Shown here: positions 55,133 through 63,999 of the stretch, piece by piece
Numbering within the stretch: the stretch's first letter is position 1
Layout of the letters: each line of letters starts with the position of its first letter
IMG/VR virus record: IMGVR_UViG_3300049573_000219
Coordinates: 123,034-187,033 of that record
DNA: 64,000 nucleotides
Direction: 5' to 3' (one strand)
From: a virus
Taxonomy: Duplodnaviria; Caudoviricetes
Program-made: the position numbers and the translations under genes
The notes under the pieces: model-generated
What the model was told of the DNA's origin: nothing
Databases searched by the model: none
Seen by the model: the letters and a program-made list of their open reading frames with translations, nothing else

Positions 55133-56431
55133 TCAGGCCACGAGACGGAAGGCGCCACCCTCCGCAACCACCAGCCCCTCGTGCGAGAAGGACCGCAGAA
55201 AGCGGCTCGCCTGACGCGCCCCGCACCCCGTGTGGGAGGCCAGGAGCTGCGGCGTCCAGACGGCCTCCGGCTGGGTGTTCAGGGCCCGCAGGGCGACATC
55301 CCTGGGGTACTGACCACGGCCGTGGTCCGGGTGCGCGAGAAGGCCGATCATCTCGTCCGTGACCGTCCAGGTCTGGATGAGCGAAGGTCCGTAACCACCC
55401 AGGTAGCCGAAACCACGGTTCCTCGGGTCAGCCGTGAGCAGGTGCGGGCCGTAGTCCGCGTCGTCGCCGAGCGCCACCGTGGCGTGGCCGGGCTTGCTCA
55501 CGCGCAGGGAGAAACGCCAGTCGGCGTTGGCGTCGATGTTCGTGTCGATGCCGGGCGCCTTGCCGGAGACGATCGGGTACTGGGTGGCCCACCACAGGAA
55601 GACGCCCCAGGCGCGGCCCATGCTGGAGATCTTGATGACCTTGTCCAGGCACTCACCCTCGTCGGGCGACATCTCGGCCTCGGCGTCCTCTTCGCTGCGC
55701 CTCTTCAGCCGGGCCATCTTCTGGTTGACCTGGTCGATCCGGCGCAGGTTGCCCAGGAACTCGCGCCCCTCGTCCACGATGTAGACCTTGTAGGGGCCGA
55801 ACTCCGGCCGCCACACCGTGGAGCGCTCGCGGCGCATCAGGTCGGCCCGGCTGTTCATGTCGTCGACCGCGCGGTCCAGCATCTCGTCGAACTGGCCCGG
55901 ATAGAAGACCGGCATCAGCCCTTCCCAGAAGGTGCCTTCGACAATCTTCGGGTCGGCGAAGACCGGGCTGATCTCCGGCATCAGGACGGCACGGGCCATC
56001 AGCGGTCGCATCGCCCAGGACTTGCCCGACCCCTTGGCGCCGGAGACCTGGAGCTGGGACGTGAACGGGATGTCCACGGTCTCGCCGGTCACGCTGTCTG
56101 CACCGAGTCCCCTGCGGCCCGGGTGCCAGAGCATGTCCATCTCCTCGGTCACGCGCCGGGTGCGCACGGCGAGCTTCGCCCGTCGCGCCCTGCCGCCCGG
56201 GAGGATGACCAGCGGGTGGTCGTCCTCGACGTCGAGGATCAGGCGCAGCCGGTCGCGCTTGTCCTCCAGCTTCTCGCGCGTCATCTCGCCGGAGAGTTCG
56301 ACGTCTGCCAGCACCCCGGCACGCGTCATCTCGGACCGGGTGATCAGGACGTCCTTCATCCCGTTCGCGGTCCACCACTCGGGCGTGAGCTGTTCCAGCA
56401 GGCGCTCTTCCTCATCCGTCGGAGTCAGCAC
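55133..56431 (-). CDS. FtsK/SpoIIIE-family ATPase, Streptomyces TraB-like
   Basis: Walker A GAKGSGKS, DPK, Walker B IVDE, GRAWG...ATQYP, C-terminal winged helix ending GAFRL; GGAGG RBS. Confidence 0.82.
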   Translation of the reverse strand: MLTPTDEEERLLEQLTPEWWTANGMKDVLITRSEMTRAGVLADVELSGEMTREKLEDKRDRLRLILDVEDDHPLVILPGGRARRAKLAVRTRRVTEEMDMLWHPGRRGLGADSVTGETVDIPFTSQLQVSGAKGSGKSWAMRPLMARAVLMPEISPVFADPKIVEGTFWEGLMPVFYPGQFDEMLDRAVDDMNSRADLMRRERSTVWRPEFGPYKVYIVDEGREFLGNLRRIDQVNQKMARLKRRSEEDAEAEMSPDEGECLDKVIKISSMGRAWGVFLWWATQYPIVSGKAPGIDTNIDANADWRFSLRVSKPGHATVALGDDADYGPHLLTADPRNRGFGYLGGYGPSLIQTWTVTDEMIGLLAHPDHGRGQYPRDVALRALNTQPEAVWTPQLLASHTGCGARQASRFLRSFSHEGLVVAEGGAFRLVA

Positions 56432-56732
56432 CGGGCACCTCCACGACCGAGTCGAGCAGCGGGTCCAGGCCGAGCGGGAAGAAGACACACTGCTCCGGAT
56501 CGACCATGATGAAGATCCTGTTGGGTGCCATGAAGGAGCACACCCGACCGGCCTCCTCCAGTCCGGCCTTCCTCGTCAGCGGCCAGACGGCGAACATCTG
56601 ACCGGCCTCCGGGACGCCGAGCTGGATCGCCGCGTCGTGGGGGGTTGCCGCGACGACCCCGTTGCCGTCGAGCGGGTTGTAGAACAACGTCCTGTTCTCG
56701 CGCCGCACGGGGACGGCGTAGTAAGAACTCAC
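56412..56732 (-). CDS. Hypothetical protein
   Basis: 106 aa overlapping the traB-like start. Confidence 0.6.
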   Translation of the reverse strand: MSSYYAVPVRRENRTLFYNPLDGNGVVAATPHDAAIQLGVPEAGQMFAVWPLTRKAGLEEAGRVCSFMAPNRIFIMVDPEQCVFFPLGLDPLLDSVVEVPGADSDG

Positions 56733-56810
56733 TTTCGTTTCCTCTCCTCGATACGCGGAAGGCCGGACCCGGCGTGGGGTGCCAGGTCCGGCCTTCTCTG
56801 GGTGCCTCGA

Positions 56811-57323
56811 TCAGTGCGAGGCGACGGGGGAGCCGTAGCCGTAGCTGACGGCGTCGGTGGAGCCGGTGGTGTCGTCGTCCGAGCCCGCCTCGTCGGCGGA
56901 GTCGTCCGAGTCCGAGTCCGAGTCCGAGTCCGAGTCCGAGTCCGAGTCGGCGTCGGCGTCGTCGGCACGGTCGGCCAGGGCGGCGACGTACTCGCGGGCC
57001 TGCTCCTCGGTGAAGTCGGCGAGCACGAGGGCGGAGACCGGGTCGACACCCTTCTCGTTCGCCTTGTCGACGACCGGCTTGACGACGTTCACGAGGACGG
57101 AGTCGCGCAGGTTCTCGGCCCACGCCTCGCCGCGCTCGGCGGCCTCGGCCAGCTCCTTGTCGGCGGCGCCGACGGCCTCTTCGTCCTTGTAGGTGGACTT
57201 GAGGTTGGTCGCTGCGGCCTCGTAGATGAGCTTCGCGTAGACGGCGATGTCGGCTTCGGCGGCACCGGGGAACTTCTTGGCTGCGCTGCGGAAGACGGAG
57301 CGCACTGCGGTGGTCAGGGACAC
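56811..57323 (-). CDS. Acidic protein with (DS)n tail
   Basis: 170 aa; GAGG RBS. Confidence 0.7.
   Translation of the reverse strand: MSLTTAVRSVFRSAAKKFPGAAEADIAVYAKLIYEAAATNLKSTYKDEEAVGAADKELAEAAERGEAWAENLRDSVLVNVVKPVVDKANEKGVDPVSALVLADFTEEQAREYVAALADRADDADADSDSDSDSDSDSDSDDSADEAGSDDDTTGSTDAVSYGYGSPVASH
56904..56945 (+). repeat. Perfect hexamer microsatellite (GTCCGA)7
   Basis: Directly visible; encodes (SD)n. Confidence 0.95.
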
Positions 57324-57419
57324 GTTTCGATCCTCTCCGAGGTTCTGCTTGCTCTGCGAACTTTGTTGTACGTGCTCGCTGTTCGTCGGTAACAGCGTAT
57401 CACGATTCGGCCTGGGCCA

Positions 57420-57779
57420 CTAGCTCCTGGAGGGCCCCTTCGCCTGCTTCCGGATCGTCGTGTCCTCCGGGTTCGCCGAGTTGGCGAACTCGTTCAGGCG
57501 CGGGCTGACGTTGAACTTGACGGCCTTGCGAGCCGGGACTTCGATGCGGGCGCCGCTGTGGGGATTGCGCGCCATCCTGGACTTCTTGTCGACGCGCTCC
57601 AGGCTGCCGAAGTTCGTGATGGAAACGGTGCAGCCCTGCGCCACCGTCCAGGCGCAGATGTCGAAGATGGTCTCGACAGCCTCCGCCGCGACAGATCGCG
57701 CCAGACCCATGCGCTCGGCGAGCGAGTCGGCGAGGAGCTGCTTGTTCAGGTTGCGAGGCTTCTGCTCGTCATTGGCCAC
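57420..57779 (-). CDS. hup: HU histone-like DNA-binding protein
   Basis: NKQLLADSLA...VSITNFGS...RMARNPHSG..IEVPARKAVKF. Confidence 0.92.
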   Translation of the reverse strand: MANDEQKPRNLNKQLLADSLAERMGLARSVAAEAVETIFDICAWTVAQGCTVSITNFGSLERVDKKSRMARNPHSGARIEVPARKAVKFNVSPRLNEFANSANPEDTTIRKQAKGPSRS

Positions 57780-57940
57780 GTTGGGCTCCTTTCCTCAACT
57801 GCACCTATCGTAGCACCCCTTGGTAATCAAGTTGGCCAAAAGTGCATGTTGGATGGGTAACGAACGGGGTGTGGGGAGAACAAGGTTACGTCGAAGAAAC
57901 GTTCAACGCTCCACCAACGGGTGAAAACATCCGGCCACGA

Positions 57941-57974
57941 CAACGGGGACCTGGCGAAAACCAGGTCCCCGTTG
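57941..57974. terminator. 14-bp hairpin, probable terminator
   Basis: CAACGGGGACCTGG-CGAAAA-CCAGGTCCCCGTTG. Confidence 0.65.
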
Positions 57975-57995
57975 GGTCCGGAAGGTGGTGATGCC

Positions 57996-58196
57996 TCAGC
58001 CGAGCGGCGGGAGGCTCTGGTTGTGGCGGCGGGCCCGCTGCACGGACTCCTCGCTGCGCGGCTCGGCGATCACGCGCCGCATCACCGTCATCGGGTCCTC
58101 CGCCGTCTTCGCGCGGCTCTTCGCGGCGGCCTTCTCGCTGGCCGACTTCCTGCCCGCGTACTTCGTCTGCGCCAGACGGCGGTCACGCTCGCTCAT
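57996..58196 (-). CDS. Small basic protein
   Basis: KYAGRKSASEKAA; coupled. Confidence 0.55.
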   Translation of the reverse strand: MSERDRRLAQTKYAGRKSASEKAAAKSRAKTAEDPMTVMRRVIAEPRSEESVQRARRHNQSLPPLG

Positions 58197-58594
58197 GCGT
58201 TCTCCTCGCTGGAATGGACCAGCGGGAGGTGTACCGCCAGCCAGATCTTCTCGGTCTCGTCGGACGAGTCGAAGGGGCCGTCGGTGAAGTACACGATGAC
58301 CCGGTCGATCCCTTCGGTCTCCTCGCTCTTCACGGTGAGCGGTGAGATCACGTACATGCGGCCGAGCGAGACATAGAGGGCGCTGCCCTTGATCTCGACG
58401 TAGCCGCTCCCCTCGGCGGGAATGCCGGAGTGCGTCGGGTAGGAGATGTACTCGGCTCCGCAGGAGTGGGCCGTCGCCTCCGCCTCAACCCTTCCGTCGG
58501 GGTCGGGGTGATGCAGGAAGACGCTCAGTACGTCCCACTTCGGCGGCGTGCCGATGACCACCTCGACGTCGACAACTTCGGGACCCGGGGTCAT
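58193..58594 (-). CDS. Hypothetical protein
   Basis: 133 aa, coupled. Confidence 0.6.
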   Translation of the reverse strand: MTPGPEVVDVEVVIGTPPKWDVLSVFLHHPDPDGRVEAEATAHSCGAEYISYPTHSGIPAEGSGYVEIKGSALYVSLGRMYVISPLTVKSEETEGIDRVIVYFTDGPFDSSDETEKIWLAVHLPLVHSSEENA

Positions 58595-58710
58595 CAGGGG
58601 CGACCCATGTTGTCGTAGTCGAGCGCGACCGCCTCCTCAAGACGGCTTCCGATCAGGACGGCGAGCGCCCCGGCGGCCGAGAGCAGGATCCAGCGCTTCA
58701 GCTTCTTCAC
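58594..58710 (-). CDS. Small TM peptide
   Basis: VKKLKRWILLSAAGALAVLIG; GAGG RBS. Confidence 0.5.
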   Translation of the reverse strand: MKKLKRWILLSAAGALAVLIGSRLEEAVALDYDNMGRP

Positions 58711-58903
58711 GTTCCTCTCCGGTTTCCTGTTGCTTTTCTCTGGTGTTCTGCGTACGGAATGCACCCGGCAGAAGAGCGGACCGCAGCCTTCTGGCAACCG
58801 GTCCGCTCAGCTCCCCCGTCATCACCCCTGGTTCCCGCCGAGGCCGTGGCCGCAGTTGGATCCGTTGGGCTGCCCGCACTGCGGGCACGGGTTGGGGTAC
58901 ATG

Positions 58904-59155
58904 TCAGGCCGTCGCTCCCTCCAGCCTCTTGAGGACGTCGTTCGCCCAGGAGTTCTTCTTCCGCTTGGCCGCCGTCTTGAGGCGGGACTTCATCCGCCGG
59001 AGCATCATGGAGTCGTCGTAGCCGTACGTGCTGGCCACGTCCTTCACCATGGAGGTGAGCCCCTGGACGGCCTCGGGGGGGAGGCCCTTGGTGAGTTCCT
59101 GCGCCGCCTTGTCGAATCCGCTGATGCGCTTCTTGTTGTTTCGGCCGTTGCTCAC
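58904..59155 (-). CDS. Small basic protein
   Basis: 83 aa; first gene of the leftward transcript. Confidence 0.6.
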   Translation of the reverse strand: MSNGRNNKKRISGFDKAAQELTKGLPPEAVQGLTSMVKDVASTYGYDDSMMLRRMKSRLKTAAKRKKNSWANDVLKRLEGATA

Positions 59156-59175
59156 GTTTCAGATCCCTTCCGAGA

Positions 59176-59217
59176 CCGCCCTGTCCGGCGGTTCATCCAG
59201 CCGCCCTGTCCGGCGGT
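59176..59217 (+). repeat. Two 17-bp direct repeats CCGCCCTGTCCGGCGGT
   Basis: 59176-59192 and 59201-59217. Confidence 0.85.
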
Positions 59218-59224
59218 GATGCTT

Positions 59225-59253
59225 ACTCTTCCAGAAGTGGCCCAGGCCGTCAA
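59225..59253 (-). promoter_or_regulatory. Leftward promoter with operator variant
   Basis: TTGACG-N17-AAGAGT; GGCCCAGGCC at 59239-59248. Confidence 0.55.
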
Positions 59254-59301
59254 GTCCGGCAAACGAAGGTACACTTGACCTGCATAGACGAAGGAGGTGG
59301 G

Positions 59302-59757
59302 ATGAGGAAGACAGCACTGGACGCGGCGCGCAGGGCCAAGGTGGACGTCCTGGCGCCCTTCATGGGTGCGCCGGTCGGCGGTACGCAGCCGCCGTTCACG
59401 AAGATCCCCGACTGGCTGATGCTCTGCGAGAGGATCAACGCCACCGCCTTCCGCCTGTGGTGCGTACTGCGCTCGATGCAGTTCGAGAACGGCCCGGGAA
59501 TCCCGCCTCTGACTCTCGACGAGATCTGCTGGCTGCTGCCCGGGGTGAACGGGAAGCCGACCTCGAAGGCGAGAGCCAGGGAGGCCCTGGAGAGCCTTCT
59601 CGAAGAGGGCGTGCTGAAGGACGTGACGGAGGAGGGTGCGCCGAGGACCGCTCCACGCCTCTATGTGGCCCTCGACGAGCCGCAGAAGGCGATGGGATTC
59701 AGCGGTGCGCGCAGGAAGCTCAGGCGGTACAGCAAGTTCTGGCGCCAGGGGGGATGA
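59302..59757 (+). CDS. Winged-helix protein resembling replication-initiator N-domains
   Basis: FTKIPDWL...ATAFRLWCVL...AREALESLLEEGVL; AAGGAGG RBS. Confidence 0.65.
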   Translation: MRKTALDAARRAKVDVLAPFMGAPVGGTQPPFTKIPDWLMLCERINATAFRLWCVLRSMQFENGPGIPPLTLDEICWLLPGVNGKPTSKARAREALESLLEEGVLKDVTEEGAPRTAPRLYVALDEPQKAMGFSGARRKLRRYSKFWRQGG

Positions 59758-59822
59758 ACCTCGAACCTCTGGACTTCCTCAAGAAAGGTGACATCTGATT
59801 TCCTGCTGGGGAAGATGCCAGC

Positions 59823-60161
59823 ATGACGATCCGAAACCCGTTCAAGAAGAAGCAGGAAAAGAAGGCTGAGACCCCCCGGGTTCAGCCCCCCGCCAGCACC
59901 ACGGCGCGACCGGCGTCGGCAGCTTACGACCCGGTCCAGCACGCGGTGCTGTACACGCCCCCGGCGTACGACCCCCCGGCCCGGACCGACGACTGCTCCA
60001 CGTCCAGCGGTTCGCCCTCGTCCTACGACTCGGGGTCCTCGTACGGCGGCTCTTCGTCCTACGACTCGGGGTCCTCGTCCAGCTCGTACAGCTCCAGCAG
60101 CTCGTACGACTCGGGGTCCTCGTCCTCCAGCTCGTCGTGCGACAGCGGGGGCGGCTTCTGA
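59823..60161 (+). CDS. Ser-rich low-complexity protein (SSYDSGSS repeats)
   Basis: Three near-identical DNA repeats at about 60020-60125. Confidence 0.65.
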   Translation: MTIRNPFKKKQEKKAETPRVQPPASTTARPASAAYDPVQHAVLYTPPAYDPPARTDDCSTSSGSPSSYDSGSSYGGSSSYDSGSSSSSYSSSSSYDSGSSSSSSSCDSGGGF

Positions 60162-60342
60162 GAAGATGTGCGGTGCGGGCTCACCCGGGAGCGTCGGTCC
60201 TCCGGGTGGGCCCGCTTCGTCACAGTACGCCGACGACTGCCAGGATCAGCAGGATCAGCAGGATCGCGACGAGGAGATAGATCAGACCTCCTGGTGTCAT
60301 GTCGCCCTCCCTTCGCAGTACGGATACCCGGCGTCGCACCCT

Positions 60343-63300
60343 CTACGTGGCAAGCGCCACCCAGAACCTGTTACCTCCGTCGGTGCTGATGGTCGGAAGG
60401 CTTGTGGGGAGGGTCGCCCCGGGCGCCGAGTTGTAGCCGAAACGCTTGATGCCGTTGAAGGTGAGCACGTTCGGCGGTGCGCCGAAAGCGTTTTCGTACT
60501 GGAGGATCTGCGGCCCGTCCGCCGGGGACGCGGTGTAGTTGTGCCGCCAGGCCACCAGGTAGACACCGGCAGCCAGTGAGACGGGTCCGCCGTCCAGGGG
60601 TGCGTAGTGCATGGCGCCGCCCGCATTGTGCACCTCGGCGGGCTCGCTTCCGGGTGCGGAGAGGTTCGCCACCCCAGCCAGCCGGGTCGTTCCGGTGGAG
60701 TTCCAGATGCCCGCCCAGGATCCGGTCAGCAGGCCGCCGTCGTAACCGCCCGCATACCAGACGATCTTCCCCACGGTCTTCGGACTGTGCAGTACGACAG
60801 CCGTGACGCGCATGACGCCGACACCGCAGAAGGCTGGAGTCGACTGGCACGCTGCGGGGTCCGACGACCAGGCGAGAAGGCCCGCGTCCTCGGGCGCCCA
60901 GGTGTCAGGGAAGTACAGATCGCTGAGATCGGGAAGCTGCGCCAGGGGCACCTCGCTGGAGGCGTCGAGCGTGGCGACACCGTTGGCCGCGCCGAGCTGG
61001 TCCGTGGTGACGACAGGGTCGCCGTCGGCGCCGCCCCCGAAGTTGCTCCTGGCGATCGTGCCGGGGGCGTTCAGGTCGAGCGCGGCGACCGCCAGGGTGC
61101 CCTTGGTGATGAGCATGTTGCCGACGATCAGGTTGCTGCCCGAGCTGCCGACCGACTCCTCGCGGATCAGGGAGTGCGCGGATCCGTTGACGGTGTGAGA
61201 GGCGATCGAGTTGCCGGAGACCAGGTTGCCGGTGGCTCCGAATTCCAGGTGGACACCCGTGTAGGCACCGGCCGTACCGACAGCCCCGATGCCGAAGATG
61301 GTGTTGCCCTCGACCACGCAGTTCTGGGCGGCAAGGAAGATCGCGTCACCCGCCACCCCGTCGAAGTTGCAGGCCACGATCTTCGTGGCCGCAGCGTCCT
61401 GCACGCGAATGGCGGGTCGGCTATTGCCACCGTTCACGAAGTTGCAGCCGAGAATCGTCTGCGTTCCGGCGGCGTCATGGATCATGCCCATCGCCGGGCC
61501 TGACCCCCCGAGGAACTGGAAGTCGCAGGCCACGATGAAGTTCTCGTCGTTCGACGTCATGTAGATCGCGTTGCCCTCCAGGGTGGAGGTGTTCGCGTTG
61601 TCGAACAGGCAGTGCGTGACGATGTTGTTGTGGCCGAACGCCGGGCCGGTGATGGCACCGAGGACCAGGCCGGTGCTCTTGCAGGCGGTGAAGTGGATCC
61701 GCTGGAACACGCACTCGACGGCGCCGATGGCCCAGATGCCGCCGCTCGGGCCGGTCGTCTGGTTGGTGTGGTTGCCGTCGATGGTGAAGTCGGAGAAGGT
61801 CGAGCGCGTCTCGCCGCCGGAGAAGGTGATCGCGTTGTCGTCGACTCCGGCGGCCAGCTTCAGCACGGTTCCCCAGCCCGACCCCACCAGGCCCAGCCCG
61901 ACCCCGTCCGGCCAGTTGATCGTGGCGCCCAGGTTGAACGTGCCGTCGAGCAGGCGGATGCGGCCCTTCCCGGGGGCGGAGTCGACCAGGTCGATGGCCT
62001 GCTGGATCACGAGGTGGTCGTTGGTTCCGGTGCAGATCAGGTCCGCTTCCGCCTTCGACGCCGAGTCGGCTGCGGCAACGGTGATCTCTCCGACGAGCGC
62101 CCTGCTCCTGGTGAAGGTACTCGTGGTGCCGACGGCGTAGGTGATGTTCGCCCCCAGGCGGATCTCCCCGTTGTTCCCCGCGTCGAAGATGCCGCCAGTC
62201 GCCGCATGCAGGTAGGCGTTGTCGATCTGCACGAAGGTGCTGTTGGTGAAGGAGCCGCCGTACTCGGGGGAGTTCGTCGCGGCGCCTCCGTCGTCCACGC
62301 CGGGGAAGTTGGTCCAGTCGCCGATGATGACCGGGGTGGTGGCAGCGTTCACGGCCACGCCCGCGTATCCGCCACCGCCGGTTCCGCCGTTGCGGCCGTC
62401 GCGCCGGGTCATCAGGTTCGAGATGACGATGGGCGGGGTTCCCGTCGCGTCGATGTAGACGCCGTTGAATCCGTTGCGGTCGGTCGAGCAGCCCGACAGC
62501 AGCATGCCGCCCGATCCGGCGCCGTTGCCCCAGTCGCCACTCAGGTAGAAGCCATGATTTCCGTTCCATTCGGCGCGGCATCCCACCATCTGCGAGTTCG
62601 CCGCATTCTGGAGCATCCAGCCGTTGGACCAGTTGCCGATCGCCTGGCAGTCCACGGCCGTGAGATCGACCATGCGCTCGCCGAACATGCCATGCGTGTG
62701 GTTGTTGTCGAGCATGACGCGGTGCATGCGCCAGGAGTAGGGGGCCACGCCGCTCTGGAGTCCGCAGTAGATGCCGGAATTCGGAAAGCGCCGGATCGTG
62801 ACATCCCGGAGCGCGACGTTCTGAATATTCCCCTTGGCCTGAATGCCGTCGACTCCGGCAGCGATGTTGCTTCCGTCGAGCGTGACGTTCAGAACACGCT
62901 GCTCGCCGGAGATCGTCGCGTATCCGCCATCCGTCTGATCGAGGAACCGGATGGCCGCAACACCCGTGAAGGTGGACAGGGGCTTGATCTGGACATTGGG
63001 TTCGTAGAGACCCGTGACCGTCATCAGGTCCGAGCGCAGACCCATCAGCGTCTTGCCCGGCGGGACGACGATGGGGACGCCCGTGGCGTAGACGCGGGCC
63101 GGGAGAACGATGACACTTCCGGCCGGAGAGGTGGTCAGGATGGAGTTGATGGCCGGGGCGTCGTCGGTCACCCCGTCTCCCACCGCCCCGTGGTCGGCTG
63201 CGTTGATCCACAGGGAGTCCTGCGCCACGTAGAGGCCGTCCGCAGTGACCTGGTCGAGCGCCCCGACATCGGCAGCCGAGAGGGAGACCGCACCGGTTTC

Positions 63301-63999
63301 CCCGTTCACGGAGGTGACGGGCGCCGTGGGGAGCTGGGCGGAGGGGACCTTGCCGGTTCCGTCGAGGGTGGCCACGCCGTTCGCGGCGCCCTTCTCCGTC
63401 GTCGGGACAGCTCCGACGTCGGTCGCGCTCAGGCTGACGGCCCCCGTCTCGCCGTTGACCGAGGTGACCGGTGGGGTGGGGAGCTGGGTGGACGGCACCA
63501 GGCCGTCGAGCCCGAGCGTGGCAACGCCGCTGGCGGCCCCCTTCTCAGTGGTGGGGATCGCTTCGACGTCGGCGGCCGAGAGAGTCACGGCGGGCCCTGC
63601 CTCGCCGTTCACGGTCTCCACGACGGCCGGTCCGGACGTCGAGGTGTCGGAGATCAGGCCGAGCGCCGCAAGGCCCGTCAGGAGGCTCTGGAGGGCTTCT
63701 CCGGTGGACCTGTCACCTGTGACCGCCTGCTGGCCGACCGGGGTGACCCCGAAGAAGCCAGCCTGGTTGGCGACGCCGTCCAGGGTGTGACCCGTTCCGT
63801 CGAACGGGCCGTCACCGAACACCCACTTCCCGCTCGCGTGCGCGGTGAAGGAGCCGGACTCCAGGCGGAGGTAGGTCCGCTGGGCGCCCAGGAAGTTGAC
63901 CAGCTCGAACACTGAGAGGAACAGGTCGGCGCCCGAGGCGTCAAGGTCGAGCGACGCGCCGGACTGCCGGAAGCGGTACGCCTTGGCATCCTCCTGGCC
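60343..63999 (-). CDS. Tailspike/depolymerase-like protein with two right-handed beta-helix domains (5' truncated by window)
   Basis: Frame is open to the window edge; GAVGDGVTDDAPAIN pectate-lyase-3 start, second ADLICTGTNDHLVIQQAID start; KGAANGVATLD..G.VP..QLP and VTSVNGETGAV repeats. Confidence 0.85.
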   Translation of the reverse strand, partial: GQEDAKAYRFRQSGASLDLDASGADLFLSVFELVNFLGAQRTYLRLESGSFTAHASGKWVFGDGPFDGTGHTLDGVANQAGFFGVTPVGQQAVTGDRSTGEALQSLLTGLAALGLISDTSTSGPAVVETVNGEAGPAVTLSAADVEAIPTTEKGAASGVATLGLDGLVPSTQLPTPPVTSVNGETGAVSLSATDVGAVPTTEKGAANGVATLDGTGKVPSAQLPTAPVTSVNGETGAVSLSAADVGALDQVTADGLYVAQDSLWINAADHGAVGDGVTDDAPAINSILTTSPAGSVIVLPARVYATGVPIVVPPGKTLMGLRSDLMTVTGLYEPNVQIKPLSTFTGVAAIRFLDQTDGGYATISGEQRVLNVTLDGSNIAAGVDGIQAKGNIQNVALRDVTIRRFPNSGIYCGLQSGVAPYSWRMHRVMLDNNHTHGMFGERMVDLTAVDCQAIGNWSNGWMLQNAANSQMVGCRAEWNGNHGFYLSGDWGNGAGSGGMLLSGCSTDRNGFNGVYIDATGTPPIVISNLMTRRDGRNGGTGGGGYAGVAVNAATTPVIIGDWTNFPGVDDGGAATNSPEYGGSFTNSTFVQIDNAYLHAATGGIFDAGNNGEIRLGANITYAVGTTSTFTRSRALVGEITVAAADSASKAEADLICTGTNDHLVIQQAIDLVDSAPGKGRIRLLDGTFNLGATINWPDGVGLGLVGSGWGTVLKLAAGVDDNAITFSGGETRSTFSDFTIDGNHTNQTTGPSGGIWAIGAVECVFQRIHFTACKSTGLVLGAITGPAFGHNNIVTHCLFDNANTSTLEGNAIYMTSNDENFIVACDFQFLGGSGPAMGMIHDAAGTQTILGCNFVNGGNSRPAIRVQDAAATKIVACNFDGVAGDAIFLAAQNCVVEGNTIFGIGAVGTAGAYTGVHLEFGATGNLVSGNSIASHTVNGSAHSLIREESVGSSGSNLIVGNMLITKGTLAVAALDLNAPGTIARSNFGGGADGDPVVTTDQLGAANGVATLDASSEVPLAQLPDLSDLYFPDTWAPEDAGLLAWSSDPAACQSTPAFCGVGVMRVTAVVLHSPKTVGKIVWYAGGYDGGLLTGSWAGIWNSTGTTRLAGVANLSAPGSEPAEVHNAGGAMHYAPLDGGPVSLAAGVYLVAWRHNYTASPADGPQILQYENAFGAPPNVLTFNGIKRFGYNSAPGATLPTSLPTISTDGGNRFWVALAT

